From Hanamia sp. (GTDB taxonomy: Bacteria; Bacteroidota; Bacteroidia; Chitinophagales; Chitinophagaceae): 64,000 nucleotides of DNA. Shown piece by piece: positions 38,057 through 46,852 of the stretch. Position 1 is the first letter of the stretch. Each line of letters opens with the position of its first letter. A model generated the notes under the pieces. The model did not search any database, was not told where the DNA came from, and was given only the letters and a program-made list of their open reading frames with translations. Position numbers and translations under genes: made by a program. Location of the stretch: the NCBI GenBank assembly GCA_036509335.1, contig DATCFT010000023.1, positions 7,904 to 71,903 on the forward strand, given 5' to 3'.

Positions 38057-38238
38057 TCCTAACCTCCAGGGGAGGGATAATAAAACCATTTTACAGTAAA
38101 ACAACAAATATTGCTGAATCTCAATCTCGGCGATGGCTGCATTTTACAAAACATCTTTTTGTTTGGTTTGAAATTCGGTTCGTGAAACACATACTACGGT
38201 GGTCTCTTATTCCCCTTTAGGGGTTGGGGGTTGTTAGC
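38057..38238. repeat. about 180-bp non-coding insert bounded by GC-rich imperfect inverted ends (MITE-like or structured-RNA candidate)
   Basis: The left end is ctcctaacctccaggggagggataa. The right end is ttattcccctttaggggttgggggttgttagc, partly its reverse complement. These are GC-rich islands in AT-rich DNA. Confidence 0.25.
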
Positions 38239-40179
38239 TTATTTCATAATAACCATACCTATTTCTTTTGTCAGTTGTATTTCGATATCTTTTAAATGAC
38301 TATGCGTTTGGATCAATAACATTTGCCTTTCCTCCGAATTTGCTTTTCCAAATTCTTCTTCATTGAGTACAATTAGTTTTTTTATTTTTTTTAGCTCAAG
38401 ATACCGAAGAGTAGAAGCTATATCAGTTTTATAATTGTCTTCTCTGTTAGGAACCGGCATTTCATATTTTGTGGCCCATCCGTCACTCACCTCATAAGGA
38501 AATTCAATAAGGTTTACTACAGTATTACTCATTTGTAAATCTTCAGTATATAAAAAACTTTTGGCGTTGGGCTCCAGGTTTTCTTCATACCAGGTTTTAT
38601 AAGTGTTGATAATTTTTTTCAGCATAGTATCTTCCATTGTATCATCCTCAATAAAATCGTATAAAAGATAATCAGCTACCGTTTTCTCAGGTTCCCATTC
38701 TTTAAGACCAAATTCAAGAAGGCATCTTACCAAAGACCTTTCATGATAAATTTCACTTTGAAAAAGACCAACGGATTCTTCTTCTTCATTTGAAATTTCG
38801 CGGAACTGATCTCCCTCTTCCTGGTAAACTTTTTCCTGCTGAAAACCCTTTTTTTCGTCCTTATTTAATTTTTCTCTTAAAAATTTATTGACAAGATTAT
38901 GCATTCCGCCCTCATCTATTTTTAAAATTTCAGCCGTTTTCCTGATGTAATCCTGTTGTTTGGTAAAGTCTTCGGCTTTATTAATTTTTGAAATAGATTC
39001 TGCGATCTTGTTTACGACCTGTGCTTTTTTATTAGTATCATTGCCTGCTTCTGATAAAGAATATTCAAGTTGAAAGAGAATGAAATCCTTTTTATTTTCT
39101 TTTATAAATTTTGAGAAAGAAGCTGCACCATATTTATTTACATAGCTATCCGGATCTTCCTGGTCGGGCAGCAAAGCTAACTTTACATTCAATCCTTCTT
39201 CCAGCGCAAGATCGAGACCTCGCAAAGCGGCTTTAACGCCGGCTGCGTCGCCATCATACAAAATGGTAAGATTGGAAGTGTATTTTTTTATAAGCCTTAA
39301 TTGATCAGGAGTGAGTGAGGTGCCGCCGCTCGCTACTACATTTTCTATTCCTGCCTGGTGCAGCGAAATTACATCGGTATATCCTTCCACTAAAAAGCAT
39401 TCATCGGTTTTATCAATTTCTTGTCGCGCAAACCAGGAACCATATAATATTTTACTTTTTATATAAATCTCATTCTCCGGCGTATTGATGTATTTGGGCG
39501 CTTTGTCATTTTTTTTTATCAGCCTGGCGCCAAAGCCCGTGACTTTTCCTGATTGATTGTGAATTGGGAAAATGATCCTGCCACGGTAATTATCCTGTAA
39601 TCCATTTTCTCTCTGTACCACCAGACCTGATTTTTGTAAAAGATCTTTGTTGAATTGTTTTTCCAAAGCAGCTTTTGTAAAATGATCACGCGCTTCAGGA
39701 TTGTAACCCAATTCAAATTTGGTAATGGTTTCTTCCCTGAATCCTCTTTCTTTCAGATAGCTCATTCCTATATTGACTCCTTCTTCGGAATTAGATAAAG
39801 TATCACTAAAAAATTGTTGGGCAAATTTGTTAATAATATAAAGGCTGTCGGATACTTGCTGAAGTTGTTTAAATTCAGGACTGGTTTCCTTTTCCTCAAT
39901 TTGTATGTTGTATTTGGCTGCAAGCCATTTCAGCGCTTCAACATAACTATATTTTTCGTGCTCCATCAAAAAAGTGATGGTATTGCCGCTACGGCCACAT
40001 CCAAAACATTTATAGATCTCCTTAGAAGGTGAGACGGTAAAAGAAGGAGATTTTTCGTTGTGAAAAGGGCACAGACCGATATAATTAGTACCTCTTTTTT
40101 TAAGTTTTACAAATGAATTGATGATCTCAATAATATCAATCCTGCTTACAATTTGCTGTATGGTTTCCTGCGGTATCAT
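38239..40179 (-). CDS. dnaG: DNA primase
   Basis: It has a zinc ribbon (CPFHNEKSPSF...CFGCGRSG), an RNA polymerase core and a TOPRIM domain (EGYTDV...DGDAAG). Confidence 0.95.
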   Translation of the reverse strand: MIPQETIQQIVSRIDIIEIINSFVKLKKRGTNYIGLCPFHNEKSPSFTVSPSKEIYKCFGCGRSGNTITFLMEHEKYSYVEALKWLAAKYNIQIEEKETSPEFKQLQQVSDSLYIINKFAQQFFSDTLSNSEEGVNIGMSYLKERGFREETITKFELGYNPEARDHFTKAALEKQFNKDLLQKSGLVVQRENGLQDNYRGRIIFPIHNQSGKVTGFGARLIKKNDKAPKYINTPENEIYIKSKILYGSWFARQEIDKTDECFLVEGYTDVISLHQAGIENVVASGGTSLTPDQLRLIKKYTSNLTILYDGDAAGVKAALRGLDLALEEGLNVKLALLPDQEDPDSYVNKYGAASFSKFIKENKKDFILFQLEYSLSEAGNDTNKKAQVVNKIAESISKINKAEDFTKQQDYIRKTAEILKIDEGGMHNLVNKFLREKLNKDEKKGFQQEKVYQEEGDQFREISNEEEESVGLFQSEIYHERSLVRCLLEFGLKEWEPEKTVADYLLYDFIEDDTMEDTMLKKIINTYKTWYEENLEPNAKSFLYTEDLQMSNTVVNLIEFPYEVSDGWATKYEMPVPNREDNYKTDIASTLRYLELKKIKKLIVLNEEEFGKANSEERQMLLIQTHSHLKDIEIQLTKEIGMVIMK

Positions 40180-40636
40180 TTTCTTCTTCTCTTCGTTTTA
40201 CGCTAATTGCACGTTAAACGGAACATCCATTTTTTTACAAAGTAACATCCATTTTACAAAGTACAATACAAAGAAATCATTGCAATAATAACCATCAATA
40301 TTGAAGTTATGATCATGGTTTTTACAAATTTTCTAATAGAAATTACACTCATTTTTTTAAGGGTTTTTTGTTTACACGAAGTAAATTAAATTAAAGGACT
40401 TTTTAAAATTATAAATATCCGCATTTTTTTCTGATCCGAAAAATATAGAATTAAGTTTGTTGATTTTATTATCGTTTGAATAACTTTTTTCGATTGTTTA
40501 AAGACTTCATTTAGAAAGGTGAAAAGTAAAATGGATCATTTATCCAAAATAATAACGATTAAGTCTATACAGAAGCGTCAGGGGCTTGCGACTGAAAATT
40601 AATTTGTAAATTACAGTCTAATTAAATATTAATAAA

Positions 40637-40891
40637 GTGGGACAAACATTAAGTATTGGTGATATAATAAAGCTTTATCCCGACGAATGGGTTTTGGTTG
40701 GTAATCCTGTTATGGATAATAGCAAAATTGATGTGCTTTCCGGTATCCCAATTTATCATAGCAAAGACAAAAAGGAAGTTTGCTATATAGGAAGAAAAAA
40801 GACATCCGATTTTGACAAAATCACATTAATTTTTACTGACTCTTTCAAGCCTGTAAGAAAAATTACAGGTATATTTAATCGCATAAAATAA
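40637..40891 (+). CDS. small hypothetical protein (84 aa, GTG start), partner of the downstream retropepsin-like gene
   Basis: It is a clean ORF with the pattern YPDEWVLVGNPV...VLSGIPIYHSKDKKEV. Its stop overlaps an ATG (TAATG). Confidence 0.5.
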   Translation: MGQTLSIGDIIKLYPDEWVLVGNPVMDNSKIDVLSGIPIYHSKDKKEVCYIGRKKTSDFDKITLIFTDSFKPVRKITGIFNRIK

Positions 40892-40936
40892 TGTCATTTC
40901 ATTTCAGGCGCGAACCAGGAAGCGGACTTATTATTT

Positions 40937-41281
40937 GTGAGCGTAGAAATAGACAATAAGTATGAATTAAAAATGGTGCTTGATACAGGAGCTACTCACA
41001 CAACTATTGACAGCACTGCATTATATTTGTCAGGCTATAACCTCAAAGATAATATCGGAACAGTTCAAATTGAAACTGCAAACGTAATTATCGAAACCGA
41101 AGTATTTGAAGTAGGTGTTTTTTCTTCTCTCGGACAAACAAAAAATAAATTTCAAATTCAGGTTTATGATTTCTTCTCCCACGGTGTTTTTTCAGATTAC
41201 AATGGACTTCTTGGATTGGATTTTTTAGAAGGCACTAAGTTTTCTATTGACATGAAATCAAATACAATTACTCTGGACTGA
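40937..41281 (+). CDS. retropepsin-like (clan AA) aspartic protease; the N-terminus appears displaced into another frame
   Basis: It has the active-site motif LDTGATHTTID. The expected N-terminal strand (MSFHFRREPGSGLII) lies in a different frame starting at 40891 (see findings). Confidence 0.7.
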   Translation: MSVEIDNKYELKMVLDTGATHTTIDSTALYLSGYNLKDNIGTVQIETANVIIETEVFEVGVFSSLGQTKNKFQIQVYDFFSHGVFSDYNGLLGLDFLEGTKFSIDMKSNTITLD

Positions 41282-41437
41282 TAAAAGAAATACAGACTGT
41301 ATCAATTAGAGATTTAACTACTCATTTCTAATACAGTTATTTCTTTGAAGCAATAAAAATATTGTCTTCATTTTTCATTTTGTTACATTAATAATCAACC
41401 GTTTTCTCTTTAGTATCTTTGTAATATAAATTTTGTT

Positions 41438-42622
41438 ATGGATAAAAAAGAAGTATATATCCTGTCGGCAGTACGTACTCCGATAGGTAGCTTTGGTGGA
41501 ATTTTAAAAGATATTCCTGCAACAAAGCTAGGCGCAACTGCGATTAAAGCCGCTGTTGAAAGAGCAGGTATAAAACCGCAGGATGTACAGGAAGTGTATA
41601 TGGGATGTGTGCTGCAAGCCAACCTGGGACAAGCTCCTGCGCGCCAGGCAGCCATATTTGCAGGCCTGCCGGAAAATGTTTGTTGCACTACGGTTAATAA
41701 AGTTTGCGCGAGCGGAATGAAAGCAATTATTAATGGAGCTCAAAGTATTTTGCTCTGCGATGCTGATGTGGTTGTTGCAGGTGGTATGGAAAATATGAGC
41801 AGTGCTCCGTTTTATGCTCCTGCCGTTCGCTGGGGAAATAAATATGGAAATACAAATCTTATTGATGGAATGGTAAAAGATGGTTTGACAGATGTTTATA
41901 AAGATTACGCGATGGGAAATGCCGCGGAATTATGTGCAAGAGAATGTAAAATCTCGCGTGAGCAACAGGATGAATTTGCCATAGAAAGTTATAAGCGCAG
42001 TCAGGCTTCTGTAAATGAAGGAAGATTTAAAGATGAAATAGTTGGCGTGGAAATTCCGCAAAGAAAAGGCGATCCTATTATGGTGTTGAAAGATGAAGAA
42101 CCTTTTAATGTAAAGTTTGATAAAATTCCGGATCTGAAATCACCGTTTGAAAAAGGGGGAAGCGTTACTGCTGCAAATGCAAGTACCATCAATGACGGCG
42201 CGGCAGCATTAGTGTTGATGAGTAAAGAAAAAGCCGATAGTCTGGGTTTAAAGCCTATTGCAAAGATTTTAAGTTATGCTGATGCTGAACAGGCTCCTGA
42301 ATGGTTCACAACTACTCCATCTCTTGCAGTGCCAAAGGCAATAAAAAAAGCAGGATTGCAAATAAGTGATATTGATTTTTTTGAATTGAATGAAGCCTTC
42401 AGCGTAGTAGGAATTGTAAATACACAAAACATGAAATTGGATGCTGCCAAAGTAAATGTAAATGGCGGGGCAGTTGCGCTTGGGCATCCTTTAGGTTGCA
42501 GTGGCGCACGTATTATTGTTACATTGATAAATGTTTTAAAACAAAATAAAGGGAAACTGGGCGCAGCCGGAATATGTAACGGTGGTGGTGGTGCAAGTGC
42601 AATGGTTATTGAAATGTGCTGA
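41438..42622 (+). CDS. acetyl-CoA C-acetyltransferase (thiolase II)
   Basis: It has the active-site Cys context NKVCASGMK and C-terminal GHPLGCSGARI and CNGGGGA motifs. Confidence 0.9.
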   Translation: MDKKEVYILSAVRTPIGSFGGILKDIPATKLGATAIKAAVERAGIKPQDVQEVYMGCVLQANLGQAPARQAAIFAGLPENVCCTTVNKVCASGMKAIINGAQSILLCDADVVVAGGMENMSSAPFYAPAVRWGNKYGNTNLIDGMVKDGLTDVYKDYAMGNAAELCARECKISREQQDEFAIESYKRSQASVNEGRFKDEIVGVEIPQRKGDPIMVLKDEEPFNVKFDKIPDLKSPFEKGGSVTAANASTINDGAAALVLMSKEKADSLGLKPIAKILSYADAEQAPEWFTTTPSLAVPKAIKKAGLQISDIDFFELNEAFSVVGIVNTQNMKLDAAKVNVNGGAVALGHPLGCSGARIIVTLINVLKQNKGKLGAAGICNGGGGASAMVIEMC

Positions 42623-42806
42623 AAAAAGGAAAATAGGAATCCCGATTATTTCTTTATTTACTGTAATGATATTGTCATTTTTTATTTTGTCATAAAGGTA
42701 TATGCATTGAACTATTTAAAATATAAATAATTTCGGTTACATTTATTAAGCAATACTACCTCTCGTAATTACAGGAAGAAATTTATAAATTTTAAGATCA
42801 AAAGAT

Positions 42807-43250
42807 ATGAAACTGATCTATCTAATTTCTACCACAGTAGCAATATTTTTTTCAGTAAATATAGGTGCGCAGGTTGCCAAAACTGTTCCCCAAAAAACCG
42901 CACCAGCTCCAACAATGGCTAGTGTTTCAGATTCTCTAAAAAAATCGGCCAACGCGTTTACTTCAATTTTTAAAAGTCATACAGATACTACTACAATAAC
43001 AATAACCGAAATTGATTATGAGGATTCTAATCTTACGATCTTAAAGGAAAATATAAAAAAATTGAAAGGTGTTAGATCATTATCAGAACAATATAAATCC
43101 AATATTGCTACGTTGAAAGTTTCTTTTAAGGGAAAATCAACAGTTCTTTGGGACGATCTGTCTCCTAAATCAAAAGCTCCTTTTAAGTTAGTTGAAGCAA
43201 GTGATAATAGTATCTCGCTAAAGTTTAAAAATGATAAAACCGTGAATTAA
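42807..43250 (+). CDS. hypothetical secreted protein
   Basis: The 147-aa ORF has a signal peptide (IFFSVNIGAQ). I recognised no family. Confidence 0.5.
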   Translation: MKLIYLISTTVAIFFSVNIGAQVAKTVPQKTAPAPTMASVSDSLKKSANAFTSIFKSHTDTTTITITEIDYEDSNLTILKENIKKLKGVRSLSEQYKSNIATLKVSFKGKSTVLWDDLSPKSKAPFKLVEASDNSISLKFKNDKTVN

Positions 43251-43330
43251 TTCAAGTTGGTAATATCTTATAGGAAATGAGAAGGAATCTGAAATATTTG
43301 TTTGCTTGCTGTATTTTCACATTTTTTGAG

Positions 43331-43636
43331 TTATGAAAATTTTTCTCTCCACGCCAGCATCCCTCCCGTTAAATTTTTAACATTAATAAATCCTATTTGC
43401 TCTAAAAACAAAGCAGCATTACCACTCCTGTTTCCACTACGGCAATAGCAAATTACTTCTTCATTTTTTAAATCGTCTATATCATCGGTTTGCATACTTT
43501 GTATTTTGCCTAATGGTAATAAAATGCCGCCAATATTGAATTCTGCATTTTCTTCAGGTTGGCGTACGTCTATAAGATGCAATATTTCTCCGGCATCCAA
43601 TCTTTGTTTTACTTCTTCGGGCGTAATATTTGTCAT
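43331..43636 (-). CDS. rhodanese-like single-domain sulfurtransferase
   Basis: The active-site loop is CYCRSGNRS. The protein is 101 aa. Confidence 0.8.
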   Translation of the reverse strand: MTNITPEEVKQRLDAGEILHLIDVRQPEENAEFNIGGILLPLGKIQSMQTDDIDDLKNEEVICYCRSGNRSGNAALFLEQIGFINVKNLTGGMLAWREKFS

Positions 43637-43647
43637 CGTGTAATTAT

Positions 43648-44463
43648 TTATTTTTTGAATTGTAAACTATCATTTTGCAAACTGTCTGTTACCGGGCGGT
43701 CTGCCTGTATCCATATATCCATTGTTTGCCCCGGTTGAATATATGCTGCTGAATTATCATAATCAAGTGCACCCGGATTTTGCCTGAAAATAAATGCGTT
43801 TGCCGTATCTGTGATACTTCCGGAAGTGAGAATAGCTGCCAGTAGAATTCCTTTATCTTTAAGAATGGCTCTCGCGTCTGACACAGTAAGTCCTGTTAAA
43901 TCAGGGACTGGAATTTTTTGAGCTTCCAGGCCTCCTCCAATGATAAGATTAATAGATGATCCCCATTTTATTTTGGTACCTGCAGCAATTTTTGATCCGT
44001 TATATTGTTGTTCCAAAATAGAACCTTTCATAAAACTCGGGTGGTAAGTTGTATCTCCTAATTTCAAATGATTTTTATTAAGCTTATCTAAAGCAAATCT
44101 AAAACTTAATCCATCTAATTTAGGCATATCCACCATAGGTAATGTGGCAGGATTTACATTCAAAAAAACAGTACGGTTTACTTTTACCTTAGCACCGGCG
44201 TCAGGCAATTGTTTTTTTACGGTATTCAATGCAATGCTATCATTGTACAGAGAATCTGTAATGATTACATCAAATCCTTGTTTTTCCAAAAGGTCAACTG
44301 CTGAATCCACATTTTTACCTTTAACTGAAGGTACTTTCAAATACTGCCCGTGATGAGTGATCCAGCCAAGTGACTGAAAAAATATAAATCCCATCAGTAA
44401 AACCAGGCCTATTGCGACGAGGAGATTTACTATAAAACTTTGTTTTGTGATAAATTTAAACAC
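43648..44463 (-). CDS. membrane-anchored PASTA-repeat protein (no kinase or PBP domain)
   Basis: It has an N-terminal TM helix and three repeats of about 65 aa, starting VPSVKGKNVDSAVDLLEKQGF, MPKLDGLSFRFALDKLNKNHL and VPDLTGLTVSDARAILKDKGI. GTG start. Confidence 0.75.
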   Translation of the reverse strand: MFKFITKQSFIVNLLVAIGLVLLMGFIFFQSLGWITHHGQYLKVPSVKGKNVDSAVDLLEKQGFDVIITDSLYNDSIALNTVKKQLPDAGAKVKVNRTVFLNVNPATLPMVDMPKLDGLSFRFALDKLNKNHLKLGDTTYHPSFMKGSILEQQYNGSKIAAGTKIKWGSSINLIIGGGLEAQKIPVPDLTGLTVSDARAILKDKGILLAAILTSGSITDTANAFIFRQNPGALDYDNSAAYIQPGQTMDIWIQADRPVTDSLQNDSLQFKK

Positions 44464-44508
44464 TTTGAATAGATGAGTGAAAAAATAGGGTGGTGCAATT
44501 TAATAAAA

Positions 44509-45495
44509 TTATTCTGGCAAACATTCTTCTATAAGAGCAGTATAAAAATCCATAAGGCTCCAGCCCATAGCCTTCACTTGCTGAGGAACCAAACTTGCCT
44601 CAGTTTGCCCGGGTACTGTGTTTATTTCCAACATATAAGGCTGGCCTTCTTCCTCATTGTAAATAAAATCAATGCGCACAATTCCACTGCAATTAAAAAT
44701 TTGATAAATTTTAATAGCTTCTTCTTTTATTTGTTGAGCTATGCTATCATCCACTTCTGCCGGCGTTATCTCCAGGCTTGCCCCGAGGTATTTTGCTTCG
44801 TAATCAAAAAATGCTTTTTTTGTGATCACTTCTGTTATTGGCAAAGCAATTATTTTCTCTTTTGATTTGAAAACACCTATGGTAAGTTCCCTGCCTTTTA
44901 TATATTCTTCCACCAGCACCTGTTCATCTTCTTTAAAAGCCTTTTCTATGGCTGAGCCTAATTCTTCTGAAGGGGAATTTACTTTACTCATTCCTATGCT
45001 CGATCCGCCATTGTTTGGTTTTACAAATACCGGGAAATTCAGACCTTTTACAAGTTCATCAGGGCTTTCATATTTGTTTTTGAATAATAAAATTGAATTA
45101 GCCACTTTTATTCCCGAAAATGAAGCGACAGCTACCGTATATCTTTTATTAAAAGTAAGCGCAGAAATAGCGCAATCGCACGAAGTATAGGGAATACGCA
45201 ACATGTCAAAATACCCTTGTAGTTTACCATCTTCTCCTGGAGTGCCATGTATTCCGATTAACACAGCATCGAAATGTATTTTTTTATTATTGATGAAAAG
45301 TGAAAAATCGTTTTTGTCAATTTCAATTTTTGTTCCATCCTTTGATTGATGAAACCAACCTTTGGGTGTGATATCTATTTTATAGGATTCAAATTTTTCG
45401 GGATCAATATTTTTTTCAATTGTTTTAGCCGATTGATAAGAAATTTCTGCTTCACCAGAATACCCTCCCGTCACAAAAGCAATTTTTGGATTCAT
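44509..45495 (-). CDS. ddl: D-alanine--D-alanine ligase
   Basis: It is an ATP-grasp protein containing VTGGYSGEAEIS, HGTPGEDGKLQG and FVKPNNGGSSIG. Confidence 0.95.
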   Translation of the reverse strand: MNPKIAFVTGGYSGEAEISYQSAKTIEKNIDPEKFESYKIDITPKGWFHQSKDGTKIEIDKNDFSLFINNKKIHFDAVLIGIHGTPGEDGKLQGYFDMLRIPYTSCDCAISALTFNKRYTVAVASFSGIKVANSILLFKNKYESPDELVKGLNFPVFVKPNNGGSSIGMSKVNSPSEELGSAIEKAFKEDEQVLVEEYIKGRELTIGVFKSKEKIIALPITEVITKKAFFDYEAKYLGASLEITPAEVDDSIAQQIKEEAIKIYQIFNCSGIVRIDFIYNEEEGQPYMLEINTVPGQTEASLVPQQVKAMGWSLMDFYTALIEECLPE

Positions 45496-45560
45496 ATTTT
45501 AAAGGATTATTTAATTGTAAAGTAAATTTATTTTTTAGAATAATTGATTGGAAGGGGAAA

Positions 45561-45624
45561 TAATTGTTGAATTGTTTGAATGGTTGAATGGTTAAATGGT
45601 TAAATTGTTAATTGGTTAATTAGT
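45561..45624. repeat. octamer tandem array (G/A)A(A/T)T(G/T)GTT x8
   Basis: It reads directly as aattgttg aattgttt gaatggtt gaatggtt aaatggtt aaattgtt aattggtt aattagtt. Confidence 0.9.
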
Positions 45625-45682
45625 TAAGGAAAAGAAAATATCTGTTTAAGCATTTTAAAAAAATAATGCAAAAGAAAATAGA

Positions 45683-45779
45683 AATCTGCATTATTTGTTT
45701 AATATGGCGTTGCCATATTCTAATGTACCGCCCTTTCAGGGCTTCGGGTAATGAAATAAGAATCTGCATTATTTGTTTA
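45683..45779 (+). repeat. perfect 19-bp direct repeat AATCTGCATTATTTGTTTA (45683-45701 and 45761-45779)
   Basis: Both copies were read directly. They flank small hairpins (atatggc gtt gccatat; ccct ttc aggg). Confidence 0.85.
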
Positions 45780-45786
45780 CTTACTG

Positions 45787-45844
45787 CATCATCACATTGG
45801 CATATTATCACATTAGCACATTGGCGAATCAGCACATTAGCGAA
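45787..45844. repeat. octamer word array CATTAGCA-type x7, abutting the stop codon of the 45845-46312 gene
   Basis: It reads directly as catcatca cattggca tattatca cattagca cattggcg aatcagca cattagcg. Confidence 0.85.
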
Positions 45845-46312
45845 TTAATGCACTCCCGGATTATTGCTATTGAGTACAAATTTCCACTCACCGTCATTTT
45901 CTTTTTTCCAGATATTTACATAAGTGCCGGTTAAAGTGGTATCTTTTAATTTTAGCTCATAGGTTCCGTAAGTGTAACCAAGGTCGCCTGAATTTGCAAT
46001 TTCTGCATGAGCTGGTTTCCATGAAAGAGTATAGGCCGTATCGCTTAACATACTAAGATAATCTATTGCATCGGCACCTACAATAGGAAGATGCCCCGGC
46101 CTTAGTAAAATCCCTTCATTATCTATATACTGAAGAAATGCTTTTTTCATGCCTACCTGGCGGCACATATCCGAGAATGCCCTGTCTGCATTGATTATAT
46201 CATTAGTTGTAGTGGTATTAGTAGTTTTATTTTGCCAATTGCAAGAAATGAATGCCGTTGCAATTATGAAAGATAAGATTACAAAAGCGGGTAAACTTTT
46301 TTTGGCTATCAT
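45845..46312 (-). CDS. SnoaL/DUF4440-like (NTF2 fold) lipoprotein
   Basis: It has a lipobox (AFISCN) and the pattern ADRAFSDM...GDLGYTYGTYE...WKKENDGEWK typical of DUF4440. Confidence 0.55.
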   Translation of the reverse strand: MIAKKSLPAFVILSFIIATAFISCNWQNKTTNTTTTNDIINADRAFSDMCRQVGMKKAFLQYIDNEGILLRPGHLPIVGADAIDYLSMLSDTAYTLSWKPAHAEIANSGDLGYTYGTYELKLKDTTLTGTYVNIWKKENDGEWKFVLNSNNPGVH

Positions 46313-46409
46313 AAAATTTATTTAAAAAAAGGCGAAAGTATTTTTCAATACCCTCGCCATGTACAGGAAATATCACCTGCAAGATTAGGCTGTTACACCT
46401 TGAAAAAAA

Positions 46410-46757
46410 TTACACATGCAATTTATCCTTTTTTCTCAATAAATCCTCAACTGTTTCCTGGTATAATTCATTTGGTATGCAGCAGTCAACCGGGCACACG
46501 GCAGCGCACTGCGGTTCTTCGTGAAATCCCTGGCATTCTGTACATTTATCCGGCACTATATAATAGGTGTCAACAGATATTGGCTCATTTCGCTGGGCCG
46601 AATCCATAAGACTTCCATCAAGTAAGGTTACCGGTCCTTTTACCGTTGTGCCATCTTCCAATGCCCATTCTACGCCACCTTCATAAATAGCGTTGTTAGG
46701 GCATTCGGGTTCACAAGCGCCACAGTTGATACATTCGTCTGTAATTTTAATTGCCAT
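46410..46757 (-). CDS. 4Fe-4S dicluster ferredoxin
   Basis: It has two cluster motifs, [12 protein letters not shown] and a second Cys group [18 protein letters not shown]. Confidence 0.85.
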   Translation of the reverse strand: MAIKITDECINCGACEPECPNNAIYEGGVEWALEDGTTVKGPVTLLDGSLMDSAQRNEPISVDTYYIVPDKCTECQGFHEEPQCAAVCPVDCCIPNELYQETVEDLLRKKDKLHV

Positions 46758-46852
46758 TTTTAATATGTTTGAACTGTTCAGCAGGCTACAAATTATTTCC
46801 GAATTTTGCCTGCCATTAATTAATACAAATATAAACAGATAATTTTACCTGT

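Noticed and set aside
40889-40937. Stop-codon read-through fusing the 84-aa ORF to the retropepsin-like ORF, which are in the same frame with a single TAA between them.
   Set aside because: This is kept only as a secondary possibility. The 15 intervening codons (CHFISGANQEADLLF) do not look like protease sequence. The alternative frame from the ATG at 40891 gives a far better N-terminus, so a one-base frame break is the simpler reading. Sharing a frame has a one-in-three chance anyway.
44473-44865. A 130-aa plus-strand ORF overlapping the 3' end of ddl.
   Set aside because: It is antisense to a well-supported ddl gene, starts in the 45-nt gap and has no recognisable motif.
45620-45848. Two mutually overlapping ORFs on opposite strands (45620-45835 minus and 45666-45848 plus).
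   Set aside because: They run through the octamer word arrays and the 19-bp direct repeats, so their apparent coding potential comes from the repeats.
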